The position numbers and the translations under genes are program-made. A stretch of DNA of 63,927 nt, counting the filler, from Choristocarpus tenellus KU-1152 (Eukaryota; Protista; Phaeophyceae), in assembly GCA_964200185.2 (NCBI GenBank). It is 11 parts of 11 records of this genome, joined end to end, with 100 filler letters (N's around TTAATTAATTAA, not from the genome) between each part and the next. Parts side by side here need not be neighbours in the genome. Positions count along the whole stretch, not along the records: positions 1 to 3,875 come from CAXNAD020017443.1; positions 3,976 to 10,643 come from CAXNAD020007607.1; positions 10,744 to 15,684 come from CAXNAD020012448.1; 8 more parts are not named here. One strand, given 5' to 3'. Under the pieces are notes generated by a model that ran no database searches, had not been told where the DNA came from, and was given only the letters and a program-made list of their open reading frames with translations. Within the stretch, counting starts at the first letter, position 1. Each line of letters begins with the position of its first letter. Positions 1 to 14,300 of this stretch are shown here, in pieces.

Positions 1-3000
1 GGGGGGGAAGTCTACCCAAGTGTGGTGTGGAACTGGCTCGTTGTGTTATCCAGGTGTTATGCTCGTACTGTACCAAACTGTGGATTGCGCATTGAACCTA
101 CTGTTCTTTGAAATTTTGTTATATTTTTTGTATCAGCTACTACTCTATCTCCAGTATTTCTAAAAATAAAAAAAGCATATACGAGGGATTCATCACACCT
201 TCTACTACGTGCTGTGTTTTCTGTTTTTGTCTTCCACCGGCGGTGCACTTTTTTTTATTTTTTGTACTGGTAATAATGAAAAGTGCCCTTGTTGGCTTGT
301 ATTTTTTTTTTCGTTGAGGGAGAAGAGGAAGAAGAAGAAGTAGTCTCTTTTTTTGTTGTCTTTGTGAGCCTACTGATGTGTGATGTGATGTTCTTCATGA
401 ATCGGTGTCGTTCGTCGTGGAGGTAGAGAGCACGGGGTTCGCGATTCCAGAGCACTTTGAATCTCTTCTTTGAATCTCTTCTGTTTTTGTGATGTCTTTC
501 TGGAGTGAGAACGTCCGCTTGTCAACATGCATGCAGACAGGCGGACGCACTCACAAACTCAGACCCCTCTCGTGCTCATCCCGTGAGTTGCCCAGTTTCA
601 CCCCCAAGAATGTCTTTGAATATGGATGCATCTAGGCATGAACTAATCTTACAAGTAGAACTATGATGCAGGTTCAAGAAGCACTAATGGTGCCGGATGA
701 TGGACTACAGAAATATATTACTGATCTTTCTTTTTTTTAAATCCCCCCCCCCCCCCTTGAAATCTCATTTTTTTTATTACTTTTTTTTGTTGGTCTGATT
801 TTGTTCCTAATACGATAAAGTAGTACGTTGCACCTGACAGCTGACTTTATAACATAGAAGCCATACCATACCCCCTCAAGAATAGAAGGTAATTTTTATC
901 ACGTGTAATAAAAAAAAAATCTGATCCAAATTCTGTGCGTGGCAGGGCGGTGATGTTGTTGAGGGCGAGGGCGTCAACAAGTTTGTTCTGGCGGGTGGGG
1001 TGCTGGGGGCAGGCCTGTTGGTGGTGGCCTTGACAGTTAACTTCCTCCCCTCCCCAGGCAGTCTCTGAGCTGGGAGTGAGTGCCCTAGGTGACGGGGGGA
1101 TAATGCACATGGGGGGAGGGAGGGAAGGAGGGATGGGTGGGGTGTGGAGGACGGGGGAGTTGGAAAGGGATGGAGAAGAGACCTCCAGTTATTTTCTTCG
1201 AGGCTTATGTTCTGAACAGTAGGGTCCCCTGCATCGCTGGAAGGGTTGTTGGATCGAATCGAGGTCTTTTGAGATTTCTTAAGTCGCATATTAGTCGTTG
1301 AATGTGTGTGTGTGGGAGAAATGTATGTTTGTTTGTTTTTTGAGGGAGAGAGGAGTTAGTAAAGGAAGTAACTCGTGGCAGCGGTTCTTGAGAGTGATGC
1401 GAGTCAGTCCATGAAGAGGTTTATGGCAAAAGGGCGAGCTGGAGGAGGTGTGCTGAGTGTTTTTGTGTGTTGATCTCAGGGAGGGAGAGGGGTACGGTGT
1501 TAATGCACAGGACTTCATGGGGGTTGGGTGTTGGGTCACAGCTGCTGTCAATCTGCTGCTTATGGACTATAAGCGCCTCTCATGCGCTTAAATACTTCAC
1601 ATCAAGTTGTCTTTTGAGCTTTGCTGAGAGGCCTCCCCTCTACCTACCTCTCCTCCTGCATCCCTTCACTGTCTTCCCTGGTGTTAGAGGCGTCCTTTAA
1701 GAAGGTTTGCAGTACTTGAGTAGCACACGTCTGAGGGGAGCTTCAATATCCTCTTTGTTCGGAACAGTAGACTGCTGTAGAGAATTAGGTTTGTGTGTAA
1801 CAGGAATCGATGCGGTTGCTGTACTGAGGAGTTTTGCTGCAGAGTAGGAGGGCGATCATTTAGAGGGTATTGTGGTGGTGATTAATCTTCGATTGCGTTT
1901 GGCTAGTGAAAGGGTAGAAGAGGTGAATGCAGCCATCAGTGTTGTAGGACTTTGTGAGGCTTGGTTGCATGCGTGCCCCATAATGGTGGCTGCAGTAGGC
2001 TTAAATCTGTATTGTGGGGGGGGGAGATTTGATCAATTGAGTCGATTATGTCTCTGCAGTTTGCTCTGCTTGTGATAGTGCTAGTACCTGGATTTCTTTG
2101 TGGCTGTAGTACAAAGTGATTAGTTGACTCAGTAAGGAGACAGCTTTAGTCATTCATCTATAGAAACACATTGAGCATGGGGCTTGTAGAGCCTGTGATG
2201 CATGTTCAGAGAGTACATACATGTGGCAAAGTTTGCTGGAGAGCTGGGACGGGTGTGTGAATTGTGCCTTGCATTCAAGAAATAGATCCTTGTCAACAAG
2301 TGGACTTTCTAGTTCTCTAAGTAGGTAATGAAGCTTTTTGCAGCTGAGTCGCTCCCCCTCCTGTCTTTTAGTTTGTGGGAGAATGGCTGCAGTGAGACTA
2401 GTAAACTTTATAGAGGGATACCGAGCAATGAGGGTGAGGTGAAGGTAAATACTTGAGGGCCCCCATTATGTTCATAATATGTGTTCTTAAGGAGGTTATG
2501 AAAATATAGCTCTTCTTGTGAACACACAGAATACTTCCTGTTGGTTGTTGTGGATGTGTCTTTTGGGATATATATGATAGTGGCACAAGCGTAGGGCGTC
2601 GAATCTTTTCCTTTGAAGTGTGACCCTTAGAAGAAGACGCGATTTGTTTCTTGACCTGTAACATGTTGAGCACATATTTGAGGCACTAGAATCTACATAC
2701 TTTGCTACTGGTATTCCTGTCAGTTCTACAGGTAGGATAATGAACTAGGGTATTTGCACCCACTCTACTGATGGTGACATGTTGGGATTCCACATGGAGA
2801 ATGGAATGTGAAGGGCCTTTCAATTCCCCCCATCCACCCTCCACAGTCACTGTGTAGAAGAGAGGAGACCGCTGTATGGAAACTTTATAGAGACACTTTT
2901 CATTGCTCTATCTCTGTGAAAGGGTAGAGGGTGTAGTACGTATTACTTACTGTATACTTCAATGATCCTACTATTCTTCATATTGTGGTTCTAGTCACCC

Positions 3001-3479
3001 ACACTACTCTAGGGTTAGGGTTAATCGAGTAAAAGTATCCTTTTCTCAGCTAATTGCTAATCGAGATTTGAGTCAGAGTACAAATTTGGTAGGGTTCCAG
3101 TATGCTTTTCCGAGGTTACAGGGTCACAGCAAAGTACAGGGCTCGTTCGACTTGATAGCCCAAATCCTGTTCTGAACAGTGTGGGATTTCCCGTTCTTTC
3201 AAGATGACCTTCATTGTGTCAGTCTAGGTAGTTACTATTGATGATTGGATGGCCTGCAAAGTATGCAATACATACAGTCTCTGTTCCTGTGTTCTTTGCA
3301 TTCTTTGCTTGGTACTCCCTCTGTCCCATAAGTCTGCGGCGATAAGGTTACAACTTCTTGAGATGACCTCCAATGAAAAAACGGTTTTTAAAGTTGGAAG
3401 ATTCCATAATGTTTTTTACCTGGTAATCATTTTTCGTCGCTCTCCTCATCCCCGTCAATCCACCAATCTACCGCTGTGT

Positions 3480-3875
3480 TGAAAGCCCCTCTGTCGATTC
3501 TGTCCTATTTTTGCAGACTTTCCTCACCCTGCCTTCAGTTTCGGTGTGGTGTACCTCAAAACCTTTGCCCTGTACCACCTTTAAAACTTGATTGTAGTGC
3601 TTGAAGAAAACCTGCCACATCCTCTTCAAAGTAGCAACGTCGTACACATTGTACATCCTCTCTACCCCCTTCACAAGGTCGTCTATCGTACCATAACGTC
3701 CCCTCCAAACTCTACTTCTTAGGGATGTAAAGAACCACAAATGATTGAGTTTGAGATGAGGTGACTGTGGAGGCTGCTCTACGAGATTGACATTACACCC
3801 CCCCCCCCTCCTGACTTCGTTGAACTTCCATGGTGTGTCTTTTCCGTGGCTTTTCGCCTGGCCCGCAAGTGGAAA
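3480..3875 (-). mobile_element. Tc1/mariner (plant-mariner-like) transposase C-terminal remnant
   Basis: Minus strand reads ...NVNLVEQPPQSPHLKLNHLWFFTSLRSRV...MWQVFFKHYNQVL...FEVHH, matching the QPPxSPDLNxxDLxFFxSL motif and the C-terminus of the copy at 47132-48428. Truncated by the contig end. Confidence 0.8.
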
Positions 3876-3975
3876 NNNNNNNNNNNNNNNNNNNNNNNNN
3901 NNNNNNNNNNNNNNNNNNNTTAATTAATTAANNNNNNNNNNNNNNNNNNNNNNNNNNNNNNNNNNNNNNNNNNNN
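3876..3975. other. Artificial contig linker (44 N + TTAATTAATTAA + 44 N)
   Basis: Identical 100-bp linkers also at 10644-10743, 15685-15784, 32073-32172, 35331-35430, 41686-41785, 46797-46896, 50356-50455, 54255-54354 and 61175-61274. The 12-mer is a palindrome with stops in all six frames. Confidence 0.98.
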
Positions 3976-6949
3976 CCCTCCCAATGCTGGCAACCTCCTC
4001 TCCCCCCCCACAACTCCATCTCCTCCCCCCAAACCAGATACATCCATCCCATCTTGAAGGTGACCATTGCCAAGGTGTCCTTCGCAGTTACACTCTGGCC
4101 CGCCCCCCACAACACACTGTCTTCCATCCTTGCACAAGTTCTCGTTGTTGCAGTCTTTCCCAGACCACAGAGCACTCCCAGCTCCTGGCACCCCCCCCTT
4201 CCCCCCACCCCCACTTCCACTGGCACTACTATTGTGCAAATTCGTCAACTGCCAGAAAGATCTCTTGCCACCTCCAGATCTCCCCTGAAGACCTCCTCCC
4301 CACCTTCCCCCAGCTCTCTCTCCAGGACTGCCTCCTATGGCAATCCCTGGGTCAGACCCGGCTCCAGGTCGAGGTCCAGGTCCAGGACCTGGACCACTGA
4401 CTGCTCCTCCTCTTGATGCAACAGATACACCATTTCTCTGTTCTAAGCAAATTCCACACATCTCTCTCCCCGCCATAGCAGCCCTGGTAGCATCGCACTC
4501 ACCATGCGACTGCTCTGTAGCACACACATCTCCACAGGTGCCAGAATCAGCAGATCGCAACACAGAAGCTCCTCCTTCGCGTTCACCAAAAGAGGATGGA
4601 GGAGGGTGTGCCAAAAAGGAAGTGGAGGAGGGTGCCACACAGACATGGGCCGGTTCTGCTATCATAGTCGAGCAGGGTAGCTGTGGTTGAACCTGTGGAT
4701 TGGAAAGATCGTAAACAGGACAAGGGTGGGGGAGTAAGCACTCGGGCACTTGCACAGTGCGGCTTGTTGTATACTGGAAGAAGAGGATGGGGGCACATGC
4801 TTCACACTTCAACAGCAGCGGGCAGCTGCGTCAAGCATAAGGCGCACTTCAGACGAGCAGAGAGGGGGTATGCATGTTTGCCACGCTCTTGATCGAAAAG
4901 TCGGTATGATTTACAACGCAAGAACACTGTACTATATTAATTCTTGTAAGGATGTGCCACTACGAACTCTACTACCAGTGTAACTGTGCACATACTTCAA
5001 ACGGAAACATTGCAGAAGCAAAAACAAAAAGAAGAAAACAAGGCCCCAAACAAGCACTCGAAACTACTACAATCAATGCACAATTCATGCTGCTCATCCA
5101 TCACTCTTAACCCCCGGTAGTACTGACACAGAGTACGGGTGAGGTGAGAAGGGACTGACACAGATGACAACATTAGCACTGATGGACTGGCTTTGATTGT
5201 GTGTTGCAGTGACTCCACACAATGCATCACCAAGAAAAGACCAAACAAGGTACGGGCCGGATACACCCAGAAAAAAAAAAATCGAGGGAATGAATAGCCA
5301 GTTAAAAAAAAAAATACCGAGGCGTAAACATGTGTATTTTTGGTCAGGCATGTGCAGTGGAATAACTCATCATCTCGAAGAAAATAATGACAACAAAATG
5401 ATAACAACGAAACGATTTTTCTAAACGCAAAATTAACGAGACTTTTTCTCAAAAAAAGGATCGGCAAATTCGAAAAAAATAAAATAAAATAAAAAAATAA
5501 AACATAAAAACTGAAAAAATCTGGAAAAAATTGACGAAGGCAAGCGAAGGCATGGTGGCACCCACACTTTGAAGTTCAAGCTCAGAATGACCCACCCATT
5601 TACTCTATCACCAGAGCATGGTCAAGATTGCAGGCGAAAAGGAAAATGGTACAAAAAAGGAGCATGTTTCTGATCCATTACAGCAATAGAATGGTCTAAA
5701 ATGCAAGGAAGACCTAACCCTAACTCTAACATTCCCAATCACCAATATTATAAATCCCTAAACGTGATGGGATCATTCCCCACCCACCCCCCACCTCACC
5801 CCCTAATCCCCTCAATTGATATGAATTATGCTGTTGCTATAGACACATACAAAGGATCTTACCCACATAATAGGGCAGAAACCATTATAAAATTCAACTC
5901 TATAAAAAAGCAACTACTGATTCCACCTCTTCTTACATATATAAGTTGGGGGGAAATGGTGCAATCCTTGTATGAGAAAAACAGTAGCATCAAATCATTG
6001 ACCAGCTTCACTCCTTATCAAAACAAAACATACTATCCACTGATCCCAACTGCTGTCTGATCTCAACATACTATTGTCCATTTCACACTCAGTCATTTCG
6101 TGGATATTGTAGAGCATACACACTCTGCTTCATTCACAAAGAACATAAAATGTCAACCCCACCCTGCTTCATGCCCCATCACCGCATAACCTCACCAACT
6201 GCTGTTGATGCTGCAGCTGCTCGTGAGAATGACCCTCCTGACACAATTCTGCTGCCACTGTTCCTGGCTCACCCGCACCTGCTCCAGCACTAACCCAACC
6301 TCCACCCAAAGCCACAGAGCTGGATCTAGCACAACCAGCCCCAGCCCCAGAGCCCACCCTAACCCCCCCACCAACCAATCTTCGGGTCAGTTCCTCTGCC
6401 GCTTCGGCAGCATTCACCCCTAAACCCCGTAATCTTCTAATCTCCTCCCGAATAGTGAGGGCTCGGGAAGCATCCTCCCTAGTATACCCATAAACCTGGC
6501 AAGCAAGCGTCCGTAAGGTCAGAGTCCAAGTTTTGGAAACATGGACCAGGTCGAATCATTTATCCGACCTTGCATACGAAGTACTTTGCACTCATGCACT
6601 AACTGCTCACACACGCAACGATACACTGACTGCTCACACACCCAAACCAACCTCAACTGGAAAAATAATTCTTGCCCACAACCACAAATTCAACTAAAAT
6701 AGTACATGTTGATTCACCACAGCACACCCATGCCACCAATGGACATCAACTATTGTCTCTGTATATCCACTTATCTAGCATATTTGAAATGCCCTTGGTT
6801 TCTTTTTCCCCTCTTGCAACAAAAACAAGCAACAGACTAACCTGAACAAGACAGACTACATCAGCCTCTATAAAATTGGGAACCCCAGTTCCCCTGACCC
6901 TAGCAAGAAGGATCTCCATAGCCTATCCAAACAGTAGTGGGGAAAAGGG

Positions 6950-7450
6950 TGTGCAGGAGAAAAACGAAGTCAGAGGAGAGAGGATACCTGATGCTCATAA
7001 TGGGAGGGTGGCGTAGTAGTAGGTTGAAGAGTCAATGTATTGAGTTTCTTATTAATTGCCAAGCATCACTACATCGACCAAAGGTCATTGCCCAACAAAG
7101 GAGTAAGTCTGAAGTCAATGAAAAGGTTTAGGTTGGGAAAACTACGTCTCATTCATCAGGCCTTCCGGAACCAATACAGGGTCAATTCAATCCTATTGGA
7201 GCACCAAAAAGATTCCACTCCTGGTGCACACGCCAGGAGAGGCTACACCATAGGAAGATAGGGTTGAGCGAGGCGGGAGTCTACTGCGTAGTGTCGTTAA
7301 TTGCACGCGACAACAAGTATTGCAGATATCAGGCATATTCAAGACCCGCTACCATTGGCGTCGATATTTGCAATGTCATTCTTCCATCGGGAGGTACATG
7401 CAAACTATCAGTTTGAAACTAGGGAGAAACTCTACATTTTACCCATTTCT
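6950..7450 (-). mobile_element. Highly decayed Ty3/Gypsy-like reverse transcriptase remnant (element probably extends toward about 10300)
   Basis: Frameshifted minus-strand pieces in the expected order: NGSGS*IC, SRAINDTT, LLLCWAMTFGRC, resembling KxDGSxRxC / YRALN / W-x-MPFGLC. Many stops. Confidence 0.35.
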
Positions 7451-10400
7451 TGGAGTCACAGCTCGAAATTCCGACTCCAAGATTGTTCCACTCATGGTGG
7501 CGGCAAGATGTAGCAGAAAGAAAACTATAGTTCTTTCAAAGAGAACATATCCAAGACAGGGAAGTGCTGTAAAAGGAAAAGTCACATCTACGTATTATAT
7601 TAGCGCCAAGAACCGTCCAGCCAGTGTCAAACACACATTACACCGATGGCTGTTGCCACTTGATCACAATGATGTGGCACCAAGACACATGACTAGGCTT
7701 GCACAGCTGCTATGCACTCACCTCCGTGAGACCAGCTCCAGCAGCCATGAGTTTGGCTTGCTCTCTCTGTACGGCTTCGCGAAATTTCCCCTCAGCGAAG
7801 CTAAGCCTCGCCTGGTCCTCCATCTTTCCTTCCCGTCCTCTTGACACTCTACCTCAGACCCCCCCAAAGTCTCGACCTGTAATACACCTTAGTTTCTCCC
7901 TGCAGATTAATACAGGTAAAATCTCTCTCCTACCTAAATCTCGTGAGACCTCACGTTGCTCGCTGGAGCGATGCTAGTGTCTTTCGAGGGATGAACGTCT
8001 CCTAAATGATCAGGGAGGATAGGGCCAACTTCCACCTCCCTCAGACAAGGATGAGACCGTTACTTATCCTCTCTCGAGCGTTCTAAAAACTCCACAGGTG
8101 TAAATATGAATAGTAATTATCTTTCAAAGCATACGTTTGTTATGCCCTGTTCCTGAAAGTTGGTGTGCCAAAAAAGGTAGAAAACTAGTTCATTTCTCTC
8201 TTCCTGGAAATTCAACGTTCCGCTTTCTTTTCAAGGTTCTAGTGGTCGAGAGGAATTAACCCTCAAGAATCGACGCAACGTTTCACTCTAATGCGATCTG
8301 TGTACTGAATGTCGAACCGTCCTCCCATGAAGTTTCCACAAAGTAGCTTTTCCCAAAATTATTACACTCCCACTCACACTATCAAACTGTTTCGTCAGAT
8401 AAACGCCGGTGCAAGGTAGGAAACCTTTATGACTTTGGTTTAAACATTTGAAGTAACAAGTCGTTCAAACCTGAGAACATGCCATTTCGCCAAGGACCCT
8501 CCAGTGCCAACGATGCACATAGGAAAGAGATCAATTTCGGTTCGAGGCCGCATTCAGCACTGGTTGATGCAAGTTCATCAACACTTCTCGGTCAGAGTGG
8601 GGCGTTTACTGGCGTAGACTTTGGTGTTGCAGGTAGATTTGTTGCCTTTTTGGTCATTGTACTGAAGCTCTAAATAAGCGTAGAGTTAAGGTGCAAACTC
8701 CAAAGCAGTGGATTTCCCATGTATTGAATAATGTCAGCTTTCTCCCAGGGTAGTGAAGGAAATATGCCAAATAGAGGAATTTGATTTACACACCTTAACA
8801 TTCGCCTCCAACTGTAAGGGGATCGTATCGATGCGTTGCAAAACTGAATGGCATTTTGTAAGAAAATGTGAGATCGGACTATGCCTTCTTCCCCTTGCTG
8901 CTAGTAGTGATACATCCAGTATAATCTTTATCGCCGTTTTGTGGTCCAGCTTTCCAAGAACCTTACCATTACCTCATCCAATCCATGCTTCTACTGTTCC
9001 TGTTAGATGGAGGTGTCGTTTCCGCAGGGTTTTCCCAAAGAAGAATCCTCGGCACAGGGCCTTCAGAATCTATCTATTCAAGCAGAACCTCGACCACAGT
9101 TGATCTGGCTGTTGTTAGTGGAAGCGAGAGAAGCTTGTCGGTAAGGTCAACATGGCGAGAGGGCGCAGGGCGATCTCCCCTTTCCGTACAGAGCAGGGGA
9201 AGGACATCACTCCCTGGGCGAGGGACACAGGGTCGTTCCTTGGGGCGAGGTGGACGTCAGGCAGCAGGGCTAAGTGCAATGCGTGGTCTAGGTGAAGCAC
9301 AGTCACAGCAGCAGCGTCATGCCAGGGCCGGGTCAAGTTTGGGACAAACACAAGAAAGAGGGTCGAGGTGGGAACGTGGGCAGGGGAAGGGGGCACCAGA
9401 ATTCATCCTCCACGTGCTGAGTGTTCTCCGAGGGCTGGGATTGCGTGGCCTGACCCCTGAGGTTCTTCGACAGGCTAAACATGGCTCAAGGGACAAGGCA
9501 TTGGTGAGAGTGGAGAGGTTTGGGGAAAGTGTGAGTAGATATTGCTTTTGTAGCAGGTGCTCAAGCACTATCAGCAATGACTTCAGAGAGGGTCTTATGT
9601 ATTGAGAATACCAGGGGTGTACCTCAATGTTCGCCAGTCGGACATCGTCATCGCTTGGTTCATCCATTTGCCTTATTGGAAGAATTTGAATACATTGCAT
9701 TGAACTGCCTGGTAAGGTGCAAGTCTAGGTTACACACATCCAAACAGCATCTGCAAATGTCCCACCTCTCATACAAAAGTCGATGGAACTATTGTGTGCA
9801 TGAGGTAGAAAATTAGGCGAAAATTGTTCGAAATATTCCGCCTCAAAATCCTCACCTGCCACTTGATGTAAAATACTAGTGTTTGAAGGGTGAGACCCTT
9901 CCAGCAACCAAGTATGTCTGCTCTGGCATTAGCAGTTGCAAAATCTGACATCGCCAGATACACAAGAAGCAAGAATAAATTTTCAACAGGGAGGAACCAG
10001 TGCCTGAAGTAGTATTGATGGTTTCAGAATTAGCAAGCACTGACCCTAGCTCTAATGATGTAAAACCATGTGCATAGGACAGAAGAGGCTTCAAATTGCA
10101 TCAGATTTAGGGCTTGTTTTATTTGCGCTTCGTTTTTCCCCTTTCAAAGTTGCACTGTCAATAGATACCTCACCTGTTGCACTCTCACTACTCCTGTGGG
10201 GTAGAGATGCATCAGCCTCCCCTGAGGTTACGAGCGTTAAAGGCTAGCTGGTTGAGGGTAGGGGTTAGGTTTGTTTGCTAGTCTTCAATATTTTCATGGT
10301 GCTTCTTCGCTGGCGATCCTTTGTCAGGTGTGGGGCACAAGGCTGCCCTCCCCTACTACTAGGAGAAGCCACAGGATTAAACTTACACCAAATATGGCTG

Positions 10401-11338
10401 ATTTGACCAAGACAGTAGAGTAATCCTCTATCATTGACCGAATCTGCAGTACAAGGCCTTGTGGCAGACCTTATCCTTTTTTCAGTTTGGTGCATTCTTT
10501 GATCTTATGTGGAGAAATTAAATTGTTGAAATCAATCACACATTCGAGAAAATGTTGTTTCTTGAAGCAGAGCGGAGATTTTTTAATCACACAGGGATCT
10601 CTTTTTTTTCTTTTTTTTTGGAGGGGGGGGGGGGGGGGGGGGGNNNNNNNNNNNNNNNNNNNNNNNNNNNNNNNNNNNNNNNNNNNNTTAATTAATTAAN
10701 NNNNNNNNNNNNNNNNNNNNNNNNNNNNNNNNNNNNNNNNNNNTGTGCCGCACGCTTAAGACACCCAGTCTCGGGTCTTCCCCCCCCCCCCATCGAGGAA
10801 CTCATCCCCCATTTTTCCTGTTTGTTTTTGTGACACATAGACCGTTTCATCATTTATTGTTTCTAAAGTGAAAAATGTCAGGTGCAAGTTAGTAGGGGGA
10901 GGTGGTTCCCAGAGCAGGGGGGTTGCTCTGGCGTGCATGGTGCTTGTTTATTCAAAAACAAATAAATATCTTAACTGGAACATGATAATGAAGTCTGCCG
11001 TTTACTCCAATAAAGCGTAGTTCCGTTAGGATTGACTCCCTCACCTCAAGCTCAACCGATTGCTGTACAGAGCTTAATAGTTGTGAAACTGAACACTATC
11101 AACAATACACTAGGGCTGAAATAACAGCAATTGGCAAAACGAACCTTTTGTCAAATGTTACACCCTTGGTAACAATGTAAATCGGGCATTATTGGTGTGT
11201 ACTAGTGTTGGTAAAATCAGCGCTAAGCGGGGAGATGGCACTGTTAACTGTCTTGATAGACAGAGTGAGGCTTGCCACCTTCCTTGAAAAGGAAGTAAGG
11301 GAGGTGCTCTGTAGAAAAGGAGAAGAGAAGAACCGTAC

Positions 11339-14300
11339 CTTGTTCATTGAGATACTTTGCTCAAAGCAACGTTGAGCCTCTGATAGCTCACCAAGGTAGA
11401 AGTGGCACATGCCCATGTTATGGCAAGTAACGTGATGCTTGCCACACAACCTAAGGCACACAACACAACCAAGTCACACAATCAATCCAGCCGTGGAGGG
11501 AAGGGGGGGGGGGAAGGAGTAGTGTGTCATCCAGATTAATAGAAGTCTTCTCCAAACAGACCACTGTTCTATCCGAAGGAATGAACCATTCCGACAACAC
11601 AAGTGACAGGTGGGAGTAACAGATCAATGAAACTTCACGAGGAAGTCTTTCATCTGTGTCATAACAGCAACAGGGCTTGAAAAAAGGTGGAAAATGTCAG
11701 ATCATGCAAACAAAGCCACGCCTCAATAGCAGTCTAGGGTTAGCACATGATTGCAGTGCACATCCATGGATTCCTGATCCTGTCTGTAGTTGGTTGAGGG
11801 TGAAAATTACCAACAAATGCTTCATCCAAGGCGACCTATTATTATTTTGCTAGACATAAGGGTGAAATGACTCTTAAACCATTGAGCACCATATCCAGTG
11901 CTATCCAACGGGGTCCTTGACAGCTCACATTAGAGTTGCAGTTAAGTATACATCACAAGGCAGATAGTATGCTGAAGGCACTGCTAAGCGCAGCCTTGAG
12001 TTGAAATCTCAGAAGCACAGGTAGGTCCTGGGCATAGCTGAGCTAGATAGACAATACTTGTCAAGCAACAAACCTCAATATTGTAAAACAAGAACGACTC
12101 AAAGCCACTAGCACAGGTCCCAACAAGCGACAATCAAACACTATAAAATATAAATATATATCGAGCAACCAACAAACACAAAGAGCCTGTGGGGCAACCT
12201 ATCATCATCGTGGGCTCGCCTGCTTGACTGCTGAAAGAGGTGCAGGGCAGCCCCAAAGTCTTTGAGGGCCATCATCAACCTTGCCACCTCAAAGCTCACA
12301 TCCTTCCCCTTAGATTGCATGAGTCAGGATAGATTGAACAATCAGGGTTACGGAGAGAGAACCAGGGGGAATAATAACAAGGACTACGAAAACACCTTAC
12401 TCAGCAAGAGCAACACATCCTTAGATTGCACGGGTCATGGTTGAACAATTCAGGGTACTGATGGAGTGTGCAGAATGGTAGTACAGAAATGTTGTCTACA
12501 GATTATCATGAGGGACTCTGGCATCTTGGGTGGATCACACAAAATCCCGTTCAGATGTTTGGGAGAGAGTGGCATCAGGCCCTTCAGAATGCGTATGGTA
12601 AACCTGTGGCATTTGAGTTTGACTAGGAGCGGTATTATTGTTGAAGTCACGAAATGACTCATACGCTTGTCTGGAATAGACTGAACTGTGAGGAGACCGA
12701 TAACCCAAAGACTGAACTAAGCTCACTTTAAGCATCTTGGGTGCAGCGTGTACGATTCTATACAACACATTTCTTTATACATCTGAGGCTATTGTAACAC
12801 TAGGATCTGTCTGAAAAAAACGCAACTTCTACCATCAACCACTAGGGAGTTCCAATTGAAGGAGGCGACCATCCAACACTGACAACAACAACAAAAAATT
12901 TAAAAGTACCTTTTTGCAATACAAAACACAACAATCAGATCTCTCCTTATTCACACCAACAAGACACAACGCCACCCTCTGACTCGACCACAAAACCCTA
13001 ACCCCAAAACACTGCCCCAATATGCCCGGCAAGTAACTCTAACCCTAACCCTAAACCATATACGGGGAATAGTACTCAGTGTGACGAATTCAAACCATCT
13101 TTTTTTGTAACCCTAACACTAACCCTAACCTGTTGGAGTTGGTACCACTGCCTTGCTACTCCTTCAGCATCGTTCCTCAGGTCTGTACGGGTAGAAGGTG
13201 CAAGGTCTCGGCTGGACACCTGCATCACACAATGTTTAAATGTTTAAATGTTTAAATGGTTAAATCACGCAAACACGGTAAGAAATCGAAAAAAAAACAA
13301 CTACATGATCCGGACAAAAGACCCCTCTACTCCAGGTGGATGCGTGGACGGAATAAAAAGTCGATTCTCCATCAAGGATGCAAATGACAAGCCCCTGGCT
13401 ATGTGGTCCCAAGGCGAGGTTATCGGGAGCTCACATAGTACCCGTGGTTGAGACTCTAACCCTAACCCTAACGAAAACTCAAATACTTGCGATCCCAAAC
13501 CTAACCCTAACCCTAACACATCAGACCACCGGGTGGGCTCAAAGTTCCCATTCAACCCGCTTACTGCCTATTGAGTATCGTGAAAGAGAGAAGTAACACA
13601 CCCGCTAATAGGTTGCTATTTCCATACACAATGTGTAGCATAGCATGCACAGCATAATGACCACTCGCCAATCAAACCCAGCAGATGTCCCACCCACCCT
13701 CCCACCCCCAACTGCGATGTAGGACCCAAACTTTGTGTGCGTGTGCGTGTACTGAAACAAAATACATCCTCCTGGACTCTTTTTACACTCCTTTGGGGCC
13801 AAAACAACACTGCCACAGTAACTGACGCCACTCCATTAATGCACATACTCCTAACTTCACCACGGAGTGTGGAAGGACAGGGAACTGCCACCAGCTGCTG
13901 TGCATATTCAATGCGACTATCAGCTAAAAAAAAATAAATGCTACAACAAAACATTTATTTTTACAACAAAATAAAAACATTAACTCGTACTCCCTCCCCC
14001 CCTCTGTCCCTCCCCTGCCTCCACAATTACAGACCAAGGGAAAAAAAAGAAGAAACATTGACACTACTACAACTCACATGAGAAAAGGACAAGCAATTCG
14101 AATCTAAGACAATAGCTAAAGACAAATACACCCCCTTAACAATCCGTTGAAGTCACCTTTCCCCATCCTCACACCCCCCTCCATAAAACAAATAAACTTA
14201 TCTAATCAAGAGCGTTACATGCTTTCACCTGCTGCACTAGGCTTGACCTGAACTTCATGAAAATGTCAGGGTCTAAATGAGACAATCGCAACAGCCTGAT

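Noticed and set aside
500-3300. Fragmentary ORFs in the first contig
   Set aside because: No consistent exon chain or domain motif could be read.
3920-3931. Recurrent palindrome TTAATTAATTAA as a biological site or CRISPR-like repeat
   Set aside because: Always centred in 44+44 Ns; an assembly spacer.
3928-4812. 294-aa minus-strand ORF, the longest in the track
   Set aside because: Gly/Pro low-complexity sequence open in several frames, runs into Ns, and has no recognisable motif; probably repeat-derived.
11339-11450. BBS4 assignment from HNMGMCHFYL
   Set aside because: Only a generic TPR match; the upstream exons do not resemble BBS4.
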